From Fidelibacterota bacterium (GTDB lineage Bacteria; Pseudomonadota; Alphaproteobacteria; Rhodospirillales; Rhodospirillaceae), in the NCBI GenBank assembly GCA_947472795.1, contig CANJBL010000013.1, positions 3,553 through 67,552 on the forward strand: 64,000 nt of DNA, read 5' to 3'. The notes under the pieces are model-generated. The model was not told the DNA's origin. It made no database searches and worked only from the letters and a program-made list of their open reading frames with translations. Position 1 is the first letter of the stretch. Each line of letters opens with the position of its first letter. Below, piece by piece: positions 26,662-36,604 of the stretch. The position numbers and the translations under genes were made by a program.

Positions 26662-27756
26662 TCACGGGTGCCAGTAGGGATCGACTTCGACATGGATATG
26701 GTCATCGTGGCCGCCCAACGGCGTAACTCCTGCAATGTTAGGATCATTGAAGAATATATTTCTTACTCCTCCCGTTGCGCGCAGAATATCAATCAGCGCT
26801 TGCGTTGCGTTTCGGTCATAGTTGGGGTCTTTCCATGTGGTGCCCGGGACTTGTTGACCGTCACTCCTGACCGGCCTGATGTCGATGCTCGTACCGTTCG
26901 CTTGATGGCCGGTATGACCGTACGGGGATCCGTCTTCTAAACTCATATTTCCCGCGCCGAATGGCTTTGCGCCCGTTGCACTCCATTGTTTACCCGCTTC
27001 ATTGATAAGATTGACTGCGGCCGGCACGCCATATTGAGCCTGTCTAGGTCCACCTCTACGGCCAGGGCCTGGTGTTCCGTAATTATAATATCCGCTAGCC
27101 GGCGTGCCCTGAGGCAGCTGCATGAAACCCGGAAGCGGCGTCGCTTTCACCGTAATCCCTTCTGTCGGTGGGCCATCGATGACAAGGGGCGGCCCACCAC
27201 CACCGCCGTTGTCAGCCTGTGGCGCGCCAATCAGATTAAAGCCGTTCCCAGAAAATGAGCCGCCGTTCTGGAAGGGCGAACCCGTTACCGTCACGCCGTC
27301 CATGCCCGCCCCGTTGCTGGCGAACGGTGGAGCAATGTTGAGTTGTCCAGGGTCCAGGAAGCTGCTGATATCCGGGAGATTACTGAGGCCCGGAAGGTCG
27401 TCGAACGTGGGGATGTAAAAAGACTCGCGATCGTAGTCGGTGTAGTAGTCGAACTCCGGCAGGCCTGTATTGGGGTTAATGCGGTTCTTGCGGCTGCCGA
27501 TGCGCAAAGAGTCGAAAGGTATGTTGTTGGCCGCGGCTGCCTGGTGCAGAAGGGAGAGAAGTTCCGGGGTTTGCAGAAACTCGGGGAGGATGATCTCGCC
27601 AGGCGTCAGGTGCGCGAGTTCAGTATCGCCGCCCCTGCCTTGAGCAGCGAGCGCCTTGGCTTGGCGGGCGCGCTCCTTCGCGCGTTTCTTCTCAAGCTCC
27701 ACGGCTTGCTCGCGCGTCAGGGCACCGGGGCTGTTGTTGCGGAAGAGTTCGGTCAT
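26662..27756 (-). CDS. polymorphic toxin: conserved N-terminal module fused to a LAS-superfamily (MepA/peptidase M74- or M15-like) murein endopeptidase domain
   Basis: 364 aa. Residues 1-102 are ~95% identical to 24968..25864. It carries the same GGGGGPPLVIDGPPTEGITV junction. The C-terminal HTGHQANGTSIDI (HxxxxxxD) and GGHDDHIHVEV (HxH) match LAS zinc-peptidase motifs as in MepA. Confidence 0.8.
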   Translation of the reverse strand: MTELFRNNSPGALTREQAVELEKKRAKERARQAKALAAQGRGGDTELAHLTPGEIILPEFLQTPELLSLLHQAAAANNIPFDSLRIGSRKNRINPNTGLPEFDYYTDYDRESFYIPTFDDLPGLSNLPDISSFLDPGQLNIAPPFASNGAGMDGVTVTGSPFQNGGSFSGNGFNLIGAPQADNGGGGGPPLVIDGPPTEGITVKATPLPGFMQLPQGTPASGYYNYGTPGPGRRGGPRQAQYGVPAAVNLINEAGKQWSATGAKPFGAGNMSLEDGSPYGHTGHQANGTSIDIRPVRSDGQQVPGTTWKDPNYDRNATQALIDILRATGGVRNIFFNDPNIAGVTPLGGHDDHIHVEVDPYWHP

Positions 27757-27850
27757 GGGAAGCGTGCTCCTTTTCTAAAAACAAAAGCAGCTTCCGTCAT
27801 AGAATTATCGCGCCCTGCCGCCAATCCGTGCGGCCGCTGTTCCTCCCGCT
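27757..27850 (-). promoter_or_regulatory. conserved toxin 5' leader/promoter block (copy 2)
   Basis: Near-identical to 25865..25960, including the SD-covering hairpin (27758..27795). Homology ends at about 27850. Confidence 0.55.
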
Positions 27851-27920
27851 ATGCCCGAAGAGCACAGGGTTTAGTCTTGGGACGCACAGGTGCATCACGC
27901 ACTCGTCGCGTTTCTTGGCT

Positions 27921-27953
27921 CTGGGTCCTGGGACCAAGTCCCAGGACGACGCC
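27921..27953. repeat. solo REP-like palindromic unit
   Basis: ctgggtcctgggaccaagtcccaggacgacgcc resembles the right arms of the 17773 and 33164 elements (ccctcgggacaagcccgagggtgacga). Confidence 0.55.
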
Positions 27954-27954
27954 G

Positions 27955-27991
27955 TGTTTGAAAAGCAAACGGGGCCCAAAAGGGCCCCGTT
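27955..27991 (-). terminator. rpsD rho-independent terminator
   Basis: aacggggccc-aaaa-gggccccgtt hairpin (27968..27991), followed on the minus strand by CUUUUC. It lies 25 nt past the rpsD stop. Confidence 0.75.
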
Positions 27992-28016
27992 CGTGTCTCG
28001 GTATGTGCCGCGCTGA

Positions 28017-28631
28017 TTAGCGCGAGTAGAATTCGATGACGAGGTTCGGTTCCATCTGGACGGGGTACGGCACGTCCTTCAGGCCGGGCACGCGCTTCAG
28101 AGCGCCGGCGAACTTGGAGTGATCGACGTCGATGTAATCGGGCACATCGCGCTCGGCGGATTCAGAAGCTTCCTTCAGGGTGGCGAGGTCCTTGGACTTG
28201 CGGCGCACTTCCAGGGCATCGCCCACCTTGACCATGTAGGACGGGATGGTGACGCGCTTGCCGTTGACGCTGACGTGGCCGTGGCTGACGAACTGGCGCG
28301 CGGCGAACACGGTCGGCACGAACTTCATGCGATAGACGATGGCGTCCAGACGGCTTTCGAGAATGCCGATGAGGTTTTCGCCGCTGTCGCCCTTGCGGCG
28401 CATGGCTTCGGCGTAATACTTGCGGAACTGACGCTCGGAGATGTTGCCGTAGTAGCCCTTCAACTTCTGCTTGGCCATGAGCTGCACGCCGTAATCGGAC
28501 GGCTTCTTGCGCTTCTGACCGTGCTGGCCGGGACCGTATTCACGCTTGTTGATCGGGCTTTTGGCGCGGCCCCAAAGGTTGACGTTGAGGCGGCGGTCGA
28601 TCTTGTACTTTGACTCAGTACGCTTGGTCAT
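28017..28631 (-). CDS. rpsD: 30S ribosomal protein S4
   Basis: [39 protein letters not shown]...; 204 aa. Confidence 0.97.
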   Translation of the reverse strand: MTKRTESKYKIDRRLNVNLWGRAKSPINKREYGPGQHGQKRKKPSDYGVQLMAKQKLKGYYGNISERQFRKYYAEAMRRKGDSGENLIGILESRLDAIVYRMKFVPTVFAARQFVSHGHVSVNGKRVTIPSYMVKVGDALEVRRKSKDLATLKEASESAERDVPDYIDVDHSKFAGALKRVPGLKDVPYPVQMEPNLVIEFYSR

Positions 28632-28754
28632 TTTTCAGTCCTATGTTTTTTGTCCCGGTAGGCCGTCCCGCGAGATTGCGGGGGGCGATGAGGAGACCCT
28701 CTGGCTTGAGCCAGTCGGTGCCGCCACATACGTTCCCGGAAATAAGCCGGCGCA

Positions 28755-28781
28755 TCATAGGGGGGGATGGGGGGAAGTCAA
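28755..28781 (-). promoter_or_regulatory. candidate sigma-70 promoter of rpsD
   Basis: The minus strand reads TTGACT-15/16 nt-TATGAT, about 115 nt upstream of the rpsD ATG. Sequence pattern only. Confidence 0.35.
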
Positions 28782-28830
28782 CCCGAACCAGGGACCGAGG
28801 CGCGGGATAGAAGATAATCAAATCAAATAG

Positions 28831-29688
28831 TTAGCGCTTATCGATCTTGAAGCCGGGCTGCCTTTGGGGCCGATCTTCCCGCCGGCCATAGCGCAGCTCC
28901 TTAATGATGCCATGCAGGGTGCGCACTTCCTGGACGGTCAGCTCGGCCCGCTGGAGCATGTTGCGGATATTAATGACCATGCTGGGGCGCTTGTCGTCGT
29001 TGCGCAGGAAGCCGCAGAGGGTGAGTTCCTTCTCCAGGTGGTCGAAAAGCTCCTGCAGCAGCTCTTTCTCGACGGGGCGGGTGCGGTTGTAGGTGGTGAC
29101 GCTCTCGGGCCCGTCGTAGCCCGCCTGGAACCACTCGTAGCCCACCACCAGGACGGCCTGAGCCAGATTGAGCGAGGAGTGCTCGGGGTTCAGCGGGACC
29201 TCGATGACGGTGTTGGCGAGGCCAACCTCGTGATTGGTGAGGCCAATGCGCTCGCGCCCGAACAGCAGGCCGAGGCGCAAGCCCTCGGCAGCGCGGATGT
29301 GCATGTCGGCGGCGGCGGCGCGGGCGGTCATGACGGTCTTGGTCATCTCGCGCCGGCGGGCGGTGGTGGCATAAACCAATTCGAGATCGTTGATGGCTTC
29401 CTCGGTGGTGGCGAAGCGGCGGGCGTCCTGAAGGATTTTGCCGGCGCCCGAGGACGCCCCCACAGCCTTCTCGCTGAGCCAATCTTCCCTGGGATCGACA
29501 AGGCGCAGGTCGGTAAGGCCGCAGTTCATCATGGCGCGCGCGGCGGTGCCGATATTCTCGCCGAGCTGCGGTTCGACCAAAATCACGGCCGGCGGATTGC
29601 TGGCGGGTGTGGCGACAAGGCGGGCCTTGTCGGCATAAGAGTTAGGATGGGCTTTATTGTCCCCGGCTCCCCCCTGCCCTGCGGTCAT
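28831..29688 (-). CDS. trmJ: SpoU/TrmH-family RNA 2'-O-methyltransferase (TrmJ/LasT-like)
   Basis: VILVEPQLGENIGTAARAMMNCGL...LLFGRERIGLTN...SLNLAQAVLVVGYEW motifs. Confidence 0.8.
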   Translation of the reverse strand: MTAGQGGAGDNKAHPNSYADKARLVATPASNPPAVILVEPQLGENIGTAARAMMNCGLTDLRLVDPREDWLSEKAVGASSGAGKILQDARRFATTEEAINDLELVYATTARRREMTKTVMTARAAAADMHIRAAEGLRLGLLFGRERIGLTNHEVGLANTVIEVPLNPEHSSLNLAQAVLVVGYEWFQAGYDGPESVTTYNRTRPVEKELLQELFDHLEKELTLCGFLRNDDKRPSMVINIRNMLQRAELTVQEVRTLHGIIKELRYGRREDRPQRQPGFKIDKR

Positions 29689-29690
29689 GC

Positions 29691-30440
29691 TTACTGCATC
29701 CTCTTTGTGTAGGGCGGCTTGGGAATAGCCTGATGGGTGGCGCGTAAGGCCTCGGACCAGCGTTGACGCAAATCCTCGAAGTAAGGCTCGCCGGGCTCGA
29801 TGCGGTAGATGAGTTCGGCGTGCAGCGCATCGCGGCGCAGGACCAGGAGATCCAGCGGCAGACCGACGGCGAGGTTCGAGCGCATGGTGGAATCCACCGA
29901 GATCAACCCAACTTTCAGCGCGTCATAAATGTCGGAGTTGTATTTGACGGCGCGGTCGAGAATGGGCTTGCCGTACTTATGCTCGCCAATCTGCAGGAAC
30001 GGCGTGTCGGGCGTGGCCTCGATGAAATTGCCAGCCGCGTAGATCATGAACAGGCGCAAGCGCCGGTCCTTGATTTGGCCGCCAAGCAGCAAGGCCACGT
30101 CGAAGCGCGCGTTATGCTGCTCGAGACTGGGGCCGTCGATGCGATAGATTTCACGCACCGCACGGCCCACAAGCTGGGCCGCCTTGAACATCGTGGGTGT
30201 GTTGGAAAGCGTTTCCACTTCGCCGGTCTCGGGGTCGGGCACGCCCTCATTGAGGAGGCTGACCACCGACTGAGTGATGGAGAGATTGCCGGAGCTGGCC
30301 AGAGCGACGACACGTTCGCCGGGCTCCTCCACATAGTGCAACTTGCGGAAGCTCGCGATGTTATCAACGCCCGCATTGGTGCGGGTATCGCAGATCATCA
30401 CCAAGCCTTCCTTCAGCAGCAGTCCCACACAATAGGTCAT
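29691..30440 (-). CDS. proteasome-type Ntn protease (Anbu / peptidase T1-like, COG3484)
   Basis: ATG at 30440 gives MTYCVGLLLKEGLVMICDTRTNAG, with Thr2 as the putative N-terminal nucleophile; 249 aa. Confidence 0.7.
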   Translation of the reverse strand: MTYCVGLLLKEGLVMICDTRTNAGVDNIASFRKLHYVEEPGERVVALASSGNLSITQSVVSLLNEGVPDPETGEVETLSNTPTMFKAAQLVGRAVREIYRIDGPSLEQHNARFDVALLLGGQIKDRRLRLFMIYAAGNFIEATPDTPFLQIGEHKYGKPILDRAVKYNSDIYDALKVGLISVDSTMRSNLAVGLPLDLLVLRRDALHAELIYRIEPGEPYFEDLRQRWSEALRATHQAIPKPPYTKRMQ

Positions 30441-30547
30441 GGCGGCGGTTCCATTGGCGCGCCCCCGAAGGGGCTTATAACCCACCAACGCGCGAAAATG
30501 GAGTCGTGATCCCGCCCCGGCCTGGCCGGACGGCTGGGCAGCCGGGT

Positions 30548-30955
30548 CTAAGCCAGACTGTCGAAGATGAAATCCGCCATGTGCTCGGGCTTAAGCTTGG
30601 GAACCTTGGAGTCCCGCCCCTCCATGGTGCGCTTGATGACAATGTTGGCCTCGACCTTGCGCTGGTCGAGCTTGGCGATGTCCTTGGCGCCTTTGATCTT
30701 GGGATAGTAGAGCGGATCGAGCAGCTTCTGGCGCTCGGTCAGGCGCATGGCGAAGGTGCCCGCGTCTAGGTCCGTCTCGCGGGACCCGGCGAGCGCCCAA
30801 TCCTTCTGGCCGGCGTAACCATCGGCATTCAACGCAGCGATCGCTTCGCCAGGATCACCGTCGGTGAGGCCCGTTTTGTACAGCTGTTTGCTGACACCTA
30901 CATCGGCCCCCCAATCCTGCATGGTTGGGCTGAAAGCGACATAGAGAGTGGCCAT
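30548..30955 (-). CDS. hypothetical protein
   Basis: 135-aa ORF with host-like codon usage. I recognise no family. Confidence 0.6.
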   Translation of the reverse strand: MATLYVAFSPTMQDWGADVGVSKQLYKTGLTDGDPGEAIAALNADGYAGQKDWALAGSRETDLDAGTFAMRLTERQKLLDPLYYPKIKGAKDIAKLDQRKVEANIVIKRTMEGRDSKVPKLKPEHMADFIFDSLA

Positions 30956-31019
30956 GGGCGGACCTTTCCGGAAGGGCTCCGCCCGTGTGTCGCAAACCCC
31001 AAAGGAAAGAGCAAGACTC

Positions 31020-31322
31020 TTAGGGGGTGGTGGTCTTTACGCTGAGGGGTTTGGGCGGCTTGACGATGCGCCGCGGGTCTTCCTTGATTTCAACGCCTTG
31101 CAAGTGCGCGACGACGCGCTTCCAGATAGCCGCGATCTCGGGCTCCTTGATTTCCATGTAGCTCTTCACATGGCGCTGCGCCTGCTGCATGGCGTCGGCG
31201 CCGTAGCAAGCTTTCATGAAGCGCGACAAGGTCGCGGTGTTGAAGTAGAGCGCTTCTTTTTCGGACTCAGAACGCAGGGCTTTCGCCGTGCTGAGAGAAA
31301 CATCCTGTAACTCGTGGGTCAT
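31020..31322 (-). CDS. hypothetical protein
   Basis: 100 aa from the ATG at 31322 (MTHELQDVSLSTAK...). The track ORF extends to 31394. No family recognised. Confidence 0.5.
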   Translation of the reverse strand: MTHELQDVSLSTAKALRSESEKEALYFNTATLSRFMKACYGADAMQQAQRHVKSYMEIKEPEIAAIWKRVVAHLQGVEIKEDPRRIVKPPKPLSVKTTTP

Positions 31323-31476
31323 TGCTCTTCCCGCAAATGCAGCCACATCCTTCCCCGGTAAGGCATAAACGCATGCGTGAGCGCGCGGTTGCAACTAACC
31401 CCCACAAGAAATTGGTGAAATTCACGCGCGATTGTGAACGCGCACGCTGACGTTGTGGGAGCTATTGCGCCTTGGC

Positions 31477-33135
31477 TTATTGCGCTTTTGCGTAGGCGTC
31501 TTTGAGACCCACGGTGCGGTTGAAAACCAGCCCGGTATCGGCATCGCGGCAGAAATAACCCAGGCGTTCGAACTGAACGGTTTCACCCACTTTGGCGTTG
31601 GCGAGCGCGGGCTCAAGACGTGCTTCGATAATTTCCAAGGAATTGGGGTTGAGGTCCTTCACAGGATCGCCGTCGGCGCCCGGATCGGGCCGCATGAAGA
31701 GCGGATTATAGAGACGCACTTCGGCTTTGACGGCATGGGCCGCCGAGACCCAATGCATTGTCGCTTTGACCTTGCGGCCGTCGGGCGCGTTGCCGCCTTT
31801 GGTAGCGGGATCATAGGTGCAGCGCAATTCGATGACGTTGCCGGCTGCGTCCTTCACCGCTTCACGGCAGGTGATGAAGTAGGCATAGCGCAAGCGCACT
31901 TCCATGCCGGGTGAGAGACGGAAGAACTTCTTGGGTGGGTTCTCCATGAAGTCGTCCTGCTCGATATAGAGTTCGCGACCAAAGGGTACCTTGCGCGAGC
32001 CGGCGGACGGGTCTTCCGGATTGTTGACGGCCTCTAGTTCTTCGGACTGGCCTTCGGGGTAGTTCTCGATGACCACCTTCAACGGCCTCAGCACACCAAG
32101 ATAACGGGATGCGGCCTTGTTGAGATATTCGCGCACGCAAGCGTCGAACATGGCGATATCGACAACACTGTTGGCCCGGGCGATGCCCGCGCGCTTGATA
32201 AAATCGCGCACGGCCGCCGGAGGTACGCCACGGCGGCGCAACCCCGCCAGCGTCGGCATACGCGGATCGTCCCAGCCGCGCACATGTTTATCGCGCACGA
32301 ATTGCGTGAGATGGCGCTTGGAGAGGATGGTGTAGGTAATGTTGAGGCGGGCGAATTCCGTCTGCTCGGGGCGCGCGGGCACAGGCAGCTTATCCAGAAA
32401 CCAATTGTAGAGCGGCTTGTGATCCTCGAACTCCAGCGAGCACAGCGAATGGGTGACATGCTCCAAGGCATCCGACTGGCCATGGGCGAAGTCGTAATTG
32501 GGATAGATGAACCACTTGTCGCCGGTGCGCGGATGGTGCGCGTGCAGAATGCGATAGAGCACCGGGTCGCGCAGATTGATGTTGCCGGAGGCCATGTCGA
32601 TCTTGGCGCGCAGCACGCGCGTACCGTTGGGGAACTCGCCCGCGCGCATGCGTCGGAAGAGATCGAGGTTTTCCTCGACGCTGCGCTCGCGGAAGGGGCT
32701 CGGCGTGCCGGGGGACGTCAGCGTGCCGCGATTGGCGCTGATCTGCTCGGCGGTCTGGTCGTCGATATAGGCGTGGCCGTTCTTGATAAGATGTTCGGCC
32801 CACGTGTAAAGCGTCTCGAAATAATCGGACGCATAATAGAGGTGCTGCCCCCAATCGAACCCCAACCAGCGCACATCGTTCTGGATTGAATCGATGAACT
32901 CCTGCTCCTCCTTCACCGGGTTGGTGTCATCGAAGCGCAGATGGCAACGACCGCCGAACTCCTCGGCAATGCCGAAGTTGATGCAGATGGCTTTGGCGTG
33001 ACCGATGTGCAGATAGCCGTTGGGCTCCGGCGGAAAACGCGTCACCGGGCTCTTGTGCTTGCCCGAGGCAAGGTCGTCCTGGATCAGGGTCCAGAGGAAA
33101 TTTCCGGTGGGTGCGGGAACGGCGGGTTCAGACAT
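31477..33135 (-). CDS. glnS: glutamine--tRNA ligase
   Basis: [19 protein letters not shown] (HIGH) and the ILSKR (KMSKS-type) motif; 552 aa, overall GlnRS-like. Confidence 0.93.
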   Translation of the reverse strand: MSEPAVPAPTGNFLWTLIQDDLASGKHKSPVTRFPPEPNGYLHIGHAKAICINFGIAEEFGGRCHLRFDDTNPVKEEQEFIDSIQNDVRWLGFDWGQHLYYASDYFETLYTWAEHLIKNGHAYIDDQTAEQISANRGTLTSPGTPSPFRERSVEENLDLFRRMRAGEFPNGTRVLRAKIDMASGNINLRDPVLYRILHAHHPRTGDKWFIYPNYDFAHGQSDALEHVTHSLCSLEFEDHKPLYNWFLDKLPVPARPEQTEFARLNITYTILSKRHLTQFVRDKHVRGWDDPRMPTLAGLRRRGVPPAAVRDFIKRAGIARANSVVDIAMFDACVREYLNKAASRYLGVLRPLKVVIENYPEGQSEELEAVNNPEDPSAGSRKVPFGRELYIEQDDFMENPPKKFFRLSPGMEVRLRYAYFITCREAVKDAAGNVIELRCTYDPATKGGNAPDGRKVKATMHWVSAAHAVKAEVRLYNPLFMRPDPGADGDPVKDLNPNSLEIIEARLEPALANAKVGETVQFERLGYFCRDADTGLVFNRTVGLKDAYAKAQ

Positions 33136-33163
33136 GGAAATGCTCGACTAATAAAAACTCAGA

Positions 33164-33310
33164 CCGTCATCCTCGAGCTTGTCCCGAGGATCCAGGGTAA
33201 TGGATGCAAACAGCTGCTTGGGGAAACCCGTTTCGCAGCAAACAGCGCGTGTCTCTGCAGCCTTTCTTCAATACTGCTCTGAACTCTCGGGTCAAGCCCG
33301 AGGGTGACGA
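33164..33310. repeat. REP/BIME-like element with ~26-nt inverted palindromic ends
   Basis: The left end is cgtcatcctcgagcttgtcccgagga. The reverse complement of the right end is cgtcaccctcgggcttgacccgagag. The interior is unrelated to the 17773 element. Confidence 0.8.
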
Positions 33311-33321
33311 GCGGCGTTTTA

Positions 33322-35001
33322 TCACACGCCGTCATCCTGAAAACCATTGGTGATGGGGTAGCGATAGTCTCGCCCGAAGGCGATATGGGTGATTTTCACG
33401 CCAGGCGGCGCCTGGCGGCGTTTGTATTCGGCCGTTTTGAGCATGCGGTAGATCCGGCGCACAGTGGCGGGGTCATATCCCTTGGCAGCCACGGCTGAAA
33501 TGCCCATCTGGCCTTCGATGAGACCTTTGAGAATACCATCGAGCACGTCATAGGGCGGCAGTGTGTCCTGGTCTTTCTGGTTCGGCTTCAACTCCGCCGT
33601 GGGCGGTTTGGTGATGACATTCTCGGGCATCACCGGACCAGCGGGTCCCAGCCCGCCAACGGGCTTGTGTTCATTGCGCCAGCGCGAGACGGCGAACACC
33701 GTCGTTTTATAGACGTCTTTCAGCACAGCGTAGCCGCCGCACATGTCGCCGTAGAGCGTGGCATAGCCCGTGCTCATCTCGCTCTTGTTGCCGGTGGACA
33801 GCACCATCTTGCCGAACTTGTTGGAGAGGGCCATCAGCGTCATGCCGCGCGCCCGGGACTGAAGATTCTCTTCTGTGATGTCGGCGTTGGTTCCGACGAA
33901 CAGCGGCATCAGCATATTGGTGTAGGCCTGCATGGCCGGCCCGATATCGATCTCGTCCAGCCGAACGCCCAACATTTTGGCGACGGCGGCGGCATCATCC
34001 AAACTTTCCTGCGAGGTATAGGGCGAAGGCATCATGACGCAATGGACGCGTGACGGACCCAAAGCGTCGGCGGCCACGGCAGCAGCAAGCGCACTGTCGA
34101 TGCCGCCCGAAAGACCCAGCACTACGCCGGGGAACTTGTTCTTGGTCACGTAGTCGCGCAAGCCCGTGACCATGGCCTGATAGACATTCTCTAGCCGGTC
34201 GGCGGGAGCAGCAGGAGGCTGGAATGCACAAGTCCACCCTGCTCCATCTTTGGCGCCTTTGCCACGCGTCCACTTGGTGATGAGCACGTCGCTTTTCCAC
34301 CACGGCATCTGGATCGCCAGCGAGCGGTCGGTATTGAGAACGAAGGAGCCGCCGTCAAAGACCAAGTCATCCTGACCGCCCACCTGATTGACATAGATGA
34401 GCGGCAGTTTGGTTTCGGTGACGCGCGCCACGGCGCGGGTGATACGCACGTCGGCTTTGTCCAATTCAAAGGGCGAGCCATTGGGCACGATCAGCAGTTC
34501 GGCGCCGGACTCCAGCAGCGTCTCGGCCACGTCTTCGAACCACATATCTTCGCAGACCATCACACCGAGCCGTACCCCGCGGAAGACCATGGGGCCCGGC
34601 GCTGGGCCGGCGGCGAAGACCCGGTATTCATCGAAGACGCCGTAGTTGGGCAGATGGTGCTTAAAACGCACGCCGGTGATTTTACCGCCATCGAGCAGAA
34701 GCACAGCGTTATAGGTCTGATCCTTATCGCGCCAGGGCGCGCCGACGATGAGGCCCGGTCCGCCATCGGCCGTGAGCGCAGCCAGTTCATTTACGCCCGT
34801 AGCGACAGCATCGAGAAAGGCGGGCCGGAAGACCAAGTCCTCCGGCGGATAGCCGGAGACGCAAAGTTCGGAGAAGACCACGAGATTGGCCTTCTTCTGC
34901 GCGGCTTCGGCGCGGGCGGCCTTGATGAGGCCGACGTTGCCGGCGACGTCGCCAACCGTGGGATTGATTTGCGCGAGAGCGATCGAGAGGGCGTCAATCA
35001 T
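33322..35001 (-). CDS. nadE: glutamine-dependent NAD+ synthetase
   Basis: An N-terminal CN-hydrolase domain (LVVFSELCVSGYPPEDL) plus a C-terminal NAD synthase domain (LGLSGGIDSAL); 559 aa. Confidence 0.93.
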   Translation of the reverse strand: MIDALSIALAQINPTVGDVAGNVGLIKAARAEAAQKKANLVVFSELCVSGYPPEDLVFRPAFLDAVATGVNELAALTADGGPGLIVGAPWRDKDQTYNAVLLLDGGKITGVRFKHHLPNYGVFDEYRVFAAGPAPGPMVFRGVRLGVMVCEDMWFEDVAETLLESGAELLIVPNGSPFELDKADVRITRAVARVTETKLPLIYVNQVGGQDDLVFDGGSFVLNTDRSLAIQMPWWKSDVLITKWTRGKGAKDGAGWTCAFQPPAAPADRLENVYQAMVTGLRDYVTKNKFPGVVLGLSGGIDSALAAAVAADALGPSRVHCVMMPSPYTSQESLDDAAAVAKMLGVRLDEIDIGPAMQAYTNMLMPLFVGTNADITEENLQSRARGMTLMALSNKFGKMVLSTGNKSEMSTGYATLYGDMCGGYAVLKDVYKTTVFAVSRWRNEHKPVGGLGPAGPVMPENVITKPPTAELKPNQKDQDTLPPYDVLDGILKGLIEGQMGISAVAAKGYDPATVRRIYRMLKTAEYKRRQAPPGVKITHIAFGRDYRYPITNGFQDDGV

Positions 35002-35011
35002 GACTGACGCC

Positions 35012-36418
35012 CTACTGGGCGGCGGCGATGCGCGTGGTCTTGCCGTGCTGCACGCGCTCGTCCTTCAACGCTTCGGCGATGAGGAACGCGAGCTCGAGGG
35101 CCTGCGATGCGTTGAGGCGCGGATCGCAGTGCGTATGGTAGCGGTCAGCAAGGCCTGCTTCGGTCACAGCCGAAGAACCGCCGACGCATTCGGTCACATC
35201 CTGGCCCGTCATCTCGAAATGCACGCCGCCCGGGTGCGTACCCTCGGCGCGGTGCACGGCAAAGAACGCACGCACTTCGGCAAGGATGCGGTCGAACTGG
35301 CGGGTTTTGTAGCCCGTGGAACTCTTCACCGTATTGGCATGCATGGGATCGCACACCCACACGACCTTGCGGCCTTCACGGCTGACGGCGCGCAGGAGGT
35401 TCGGGTAGTGCTCGGTCAGGCGTTCGGCACCCATGCGGCTGATGATGGTGAGGCGTCCCGCTTCGTTCTGCGGATTGAGCGCATCGCAGAGCGCGAGCAG
35501 ATCGTCGGGCGTGGTCTTGGGTCCGACTTTCACACCCACGGGATTTTGAATGCCACGCATGAACTCGACGTGCGCATGATCGGGCTGACGCGTGCGCTCA
35601 CCGAGCCACAACATATGCGCCGAGCATCCGTACCACTGGCCCGTTGTTGAATCATTGCGGGTCAGCGCTTCCTCATAAGGCAGCAGCAGCGCTTCGTGCG
35701 AGGTATAGAACTCGGTCTCGCGCATCTGGGGAACGGTGTCGCCCGTCAGGCCGCAGGCTTCCATGAACTCGAGTGTTTCCTGGATGCGGTCGGCGAAACG
35801 GCTGTACTTCTCGGCGGTGGCGGTGTTGCCGAGGAAGCCCAGCGTCCACTGATGAACCTTATGCAGATCGGCGTAGCCGCCTTGCGCGAAGGCGCGCAGA
35901 AGGTTGAGCGTGGCAGCCGACTGGTTGAAGGCCTGCACCATGCGCTTCGGATCGGGGATACGCGCTTCCGGCGTGAACTCGGTGCCGTTGATGTTGTCGC
36001 CGCGATAGGACGGCAGCGAGACACCGTTGATGGTCTCCATGGATTCGGAGCGCGGTTTGGCGAATTGGCCAGCCATGCGGCCCACCTTCACGATGGGAAG
36101 TGCCGCGCCATAGGTGAGCACCACCGCCATCTGCAGCATGACGCGGAATGTATCGCGGATGTTGTCCGGGTGGAATTCGGCGAAGCTTTCCGCACAGTCG
36201 CCGCCCTGGAGCAGGAAAGCGCTGCCTTCGGAGACCTTGGCCAAACTCGCCTTGAGCCGGCGCGCTTCGCCCGCGAACACCAGCGGCGGATAGCTGCGGA
36301 GTTGCTTTTCGACAGCCGTCAGCTCCGCCTGGTCCGGATATTCCGGAACCTGGACGATGGGCTTTGTCCGCCAGCTTTCCCGGCTCCATTTGCCGGGGAC
36401 GTTGCCGCTTGCAGCCAT
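35012..36418 (-). CDS. class II 3-deoxy-7-phosphoheptulonate (DAHP) synthase
   Basis: [14 protein letters not shown]...[11 protein letters not shown]...; 468 aa, typical of class II AroA(II). Confidence 0.92.
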   Translation of the reverse strand: MAASGNVPGKWSRESWRTKPIVQVPEYPDQAELTAVEKQLRSYPPLVFAGEARRLKASLAKVSEGSAFLLQGGDCAESFAEFHPDNIRDTFRVMLQMAVVLTYGAALPIVKVGRMAGQFAKPRSESMETINGVSLPSYRGDNINGTEFTPEARIPDPKRMVQAFNQSAATLNLLRAFAQGGYADLHKVHQWTLGFLGNTATAEKYSRFADRIQETLEFMEACGLTGDTVPQMRETEFYTSHEALLLPYEEALTRNDSTTGQWYGCSAHMLWLGERTRQPDHAHVEFMRGIQNPVGVKVGPKTTPDDLLALCDALNPQNEAGRLTIISRMGAERLTEHYPNLLRAVSREGRKVVWVCDPMHANTVKSSTGYKTRQFDRILAEVRAFFAVHRAEGTHPGGVHFEMTGQDVTECVGGSSAVTEAGLADRYHTHCDPRLNASQALELAFLIAEALKDERVQHGKTTRIAAAQ

Positions 36419-36604
36419 GGCTACTCAAACCTCTTAAAAGGAACGAACCCTATAATAACTTGAGGAGCCTTTTTCCAGTGTAAAAGCCCCAGATGGGTCG
36501 AAAACACTAGGAAATCTGCCGATTCCGGCCTGCCCGGCGGCACGACACCCCTACCCTTAGTTCGGGCGCGGCGGCAAAAAAGCAAGTGAGGAACGCGCCG
36601 GGTC

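Noticed and set aside
21787-27850. Possibility that the three hydrolase genes are prophage endolysins or housekeeping autolysins.
   Set aside because: There are no holin, spanin, capsid, tail or integrase genes nearby. Three mechanistically different PG hydrolases share one non-catalytic N-module and one leader, and each is paired with a secreted small protein. None has its own signal peptide, unlike housekeeping autolysins. A phage- or particle-associated delivery origin for the N-module is still kept open in the findings.
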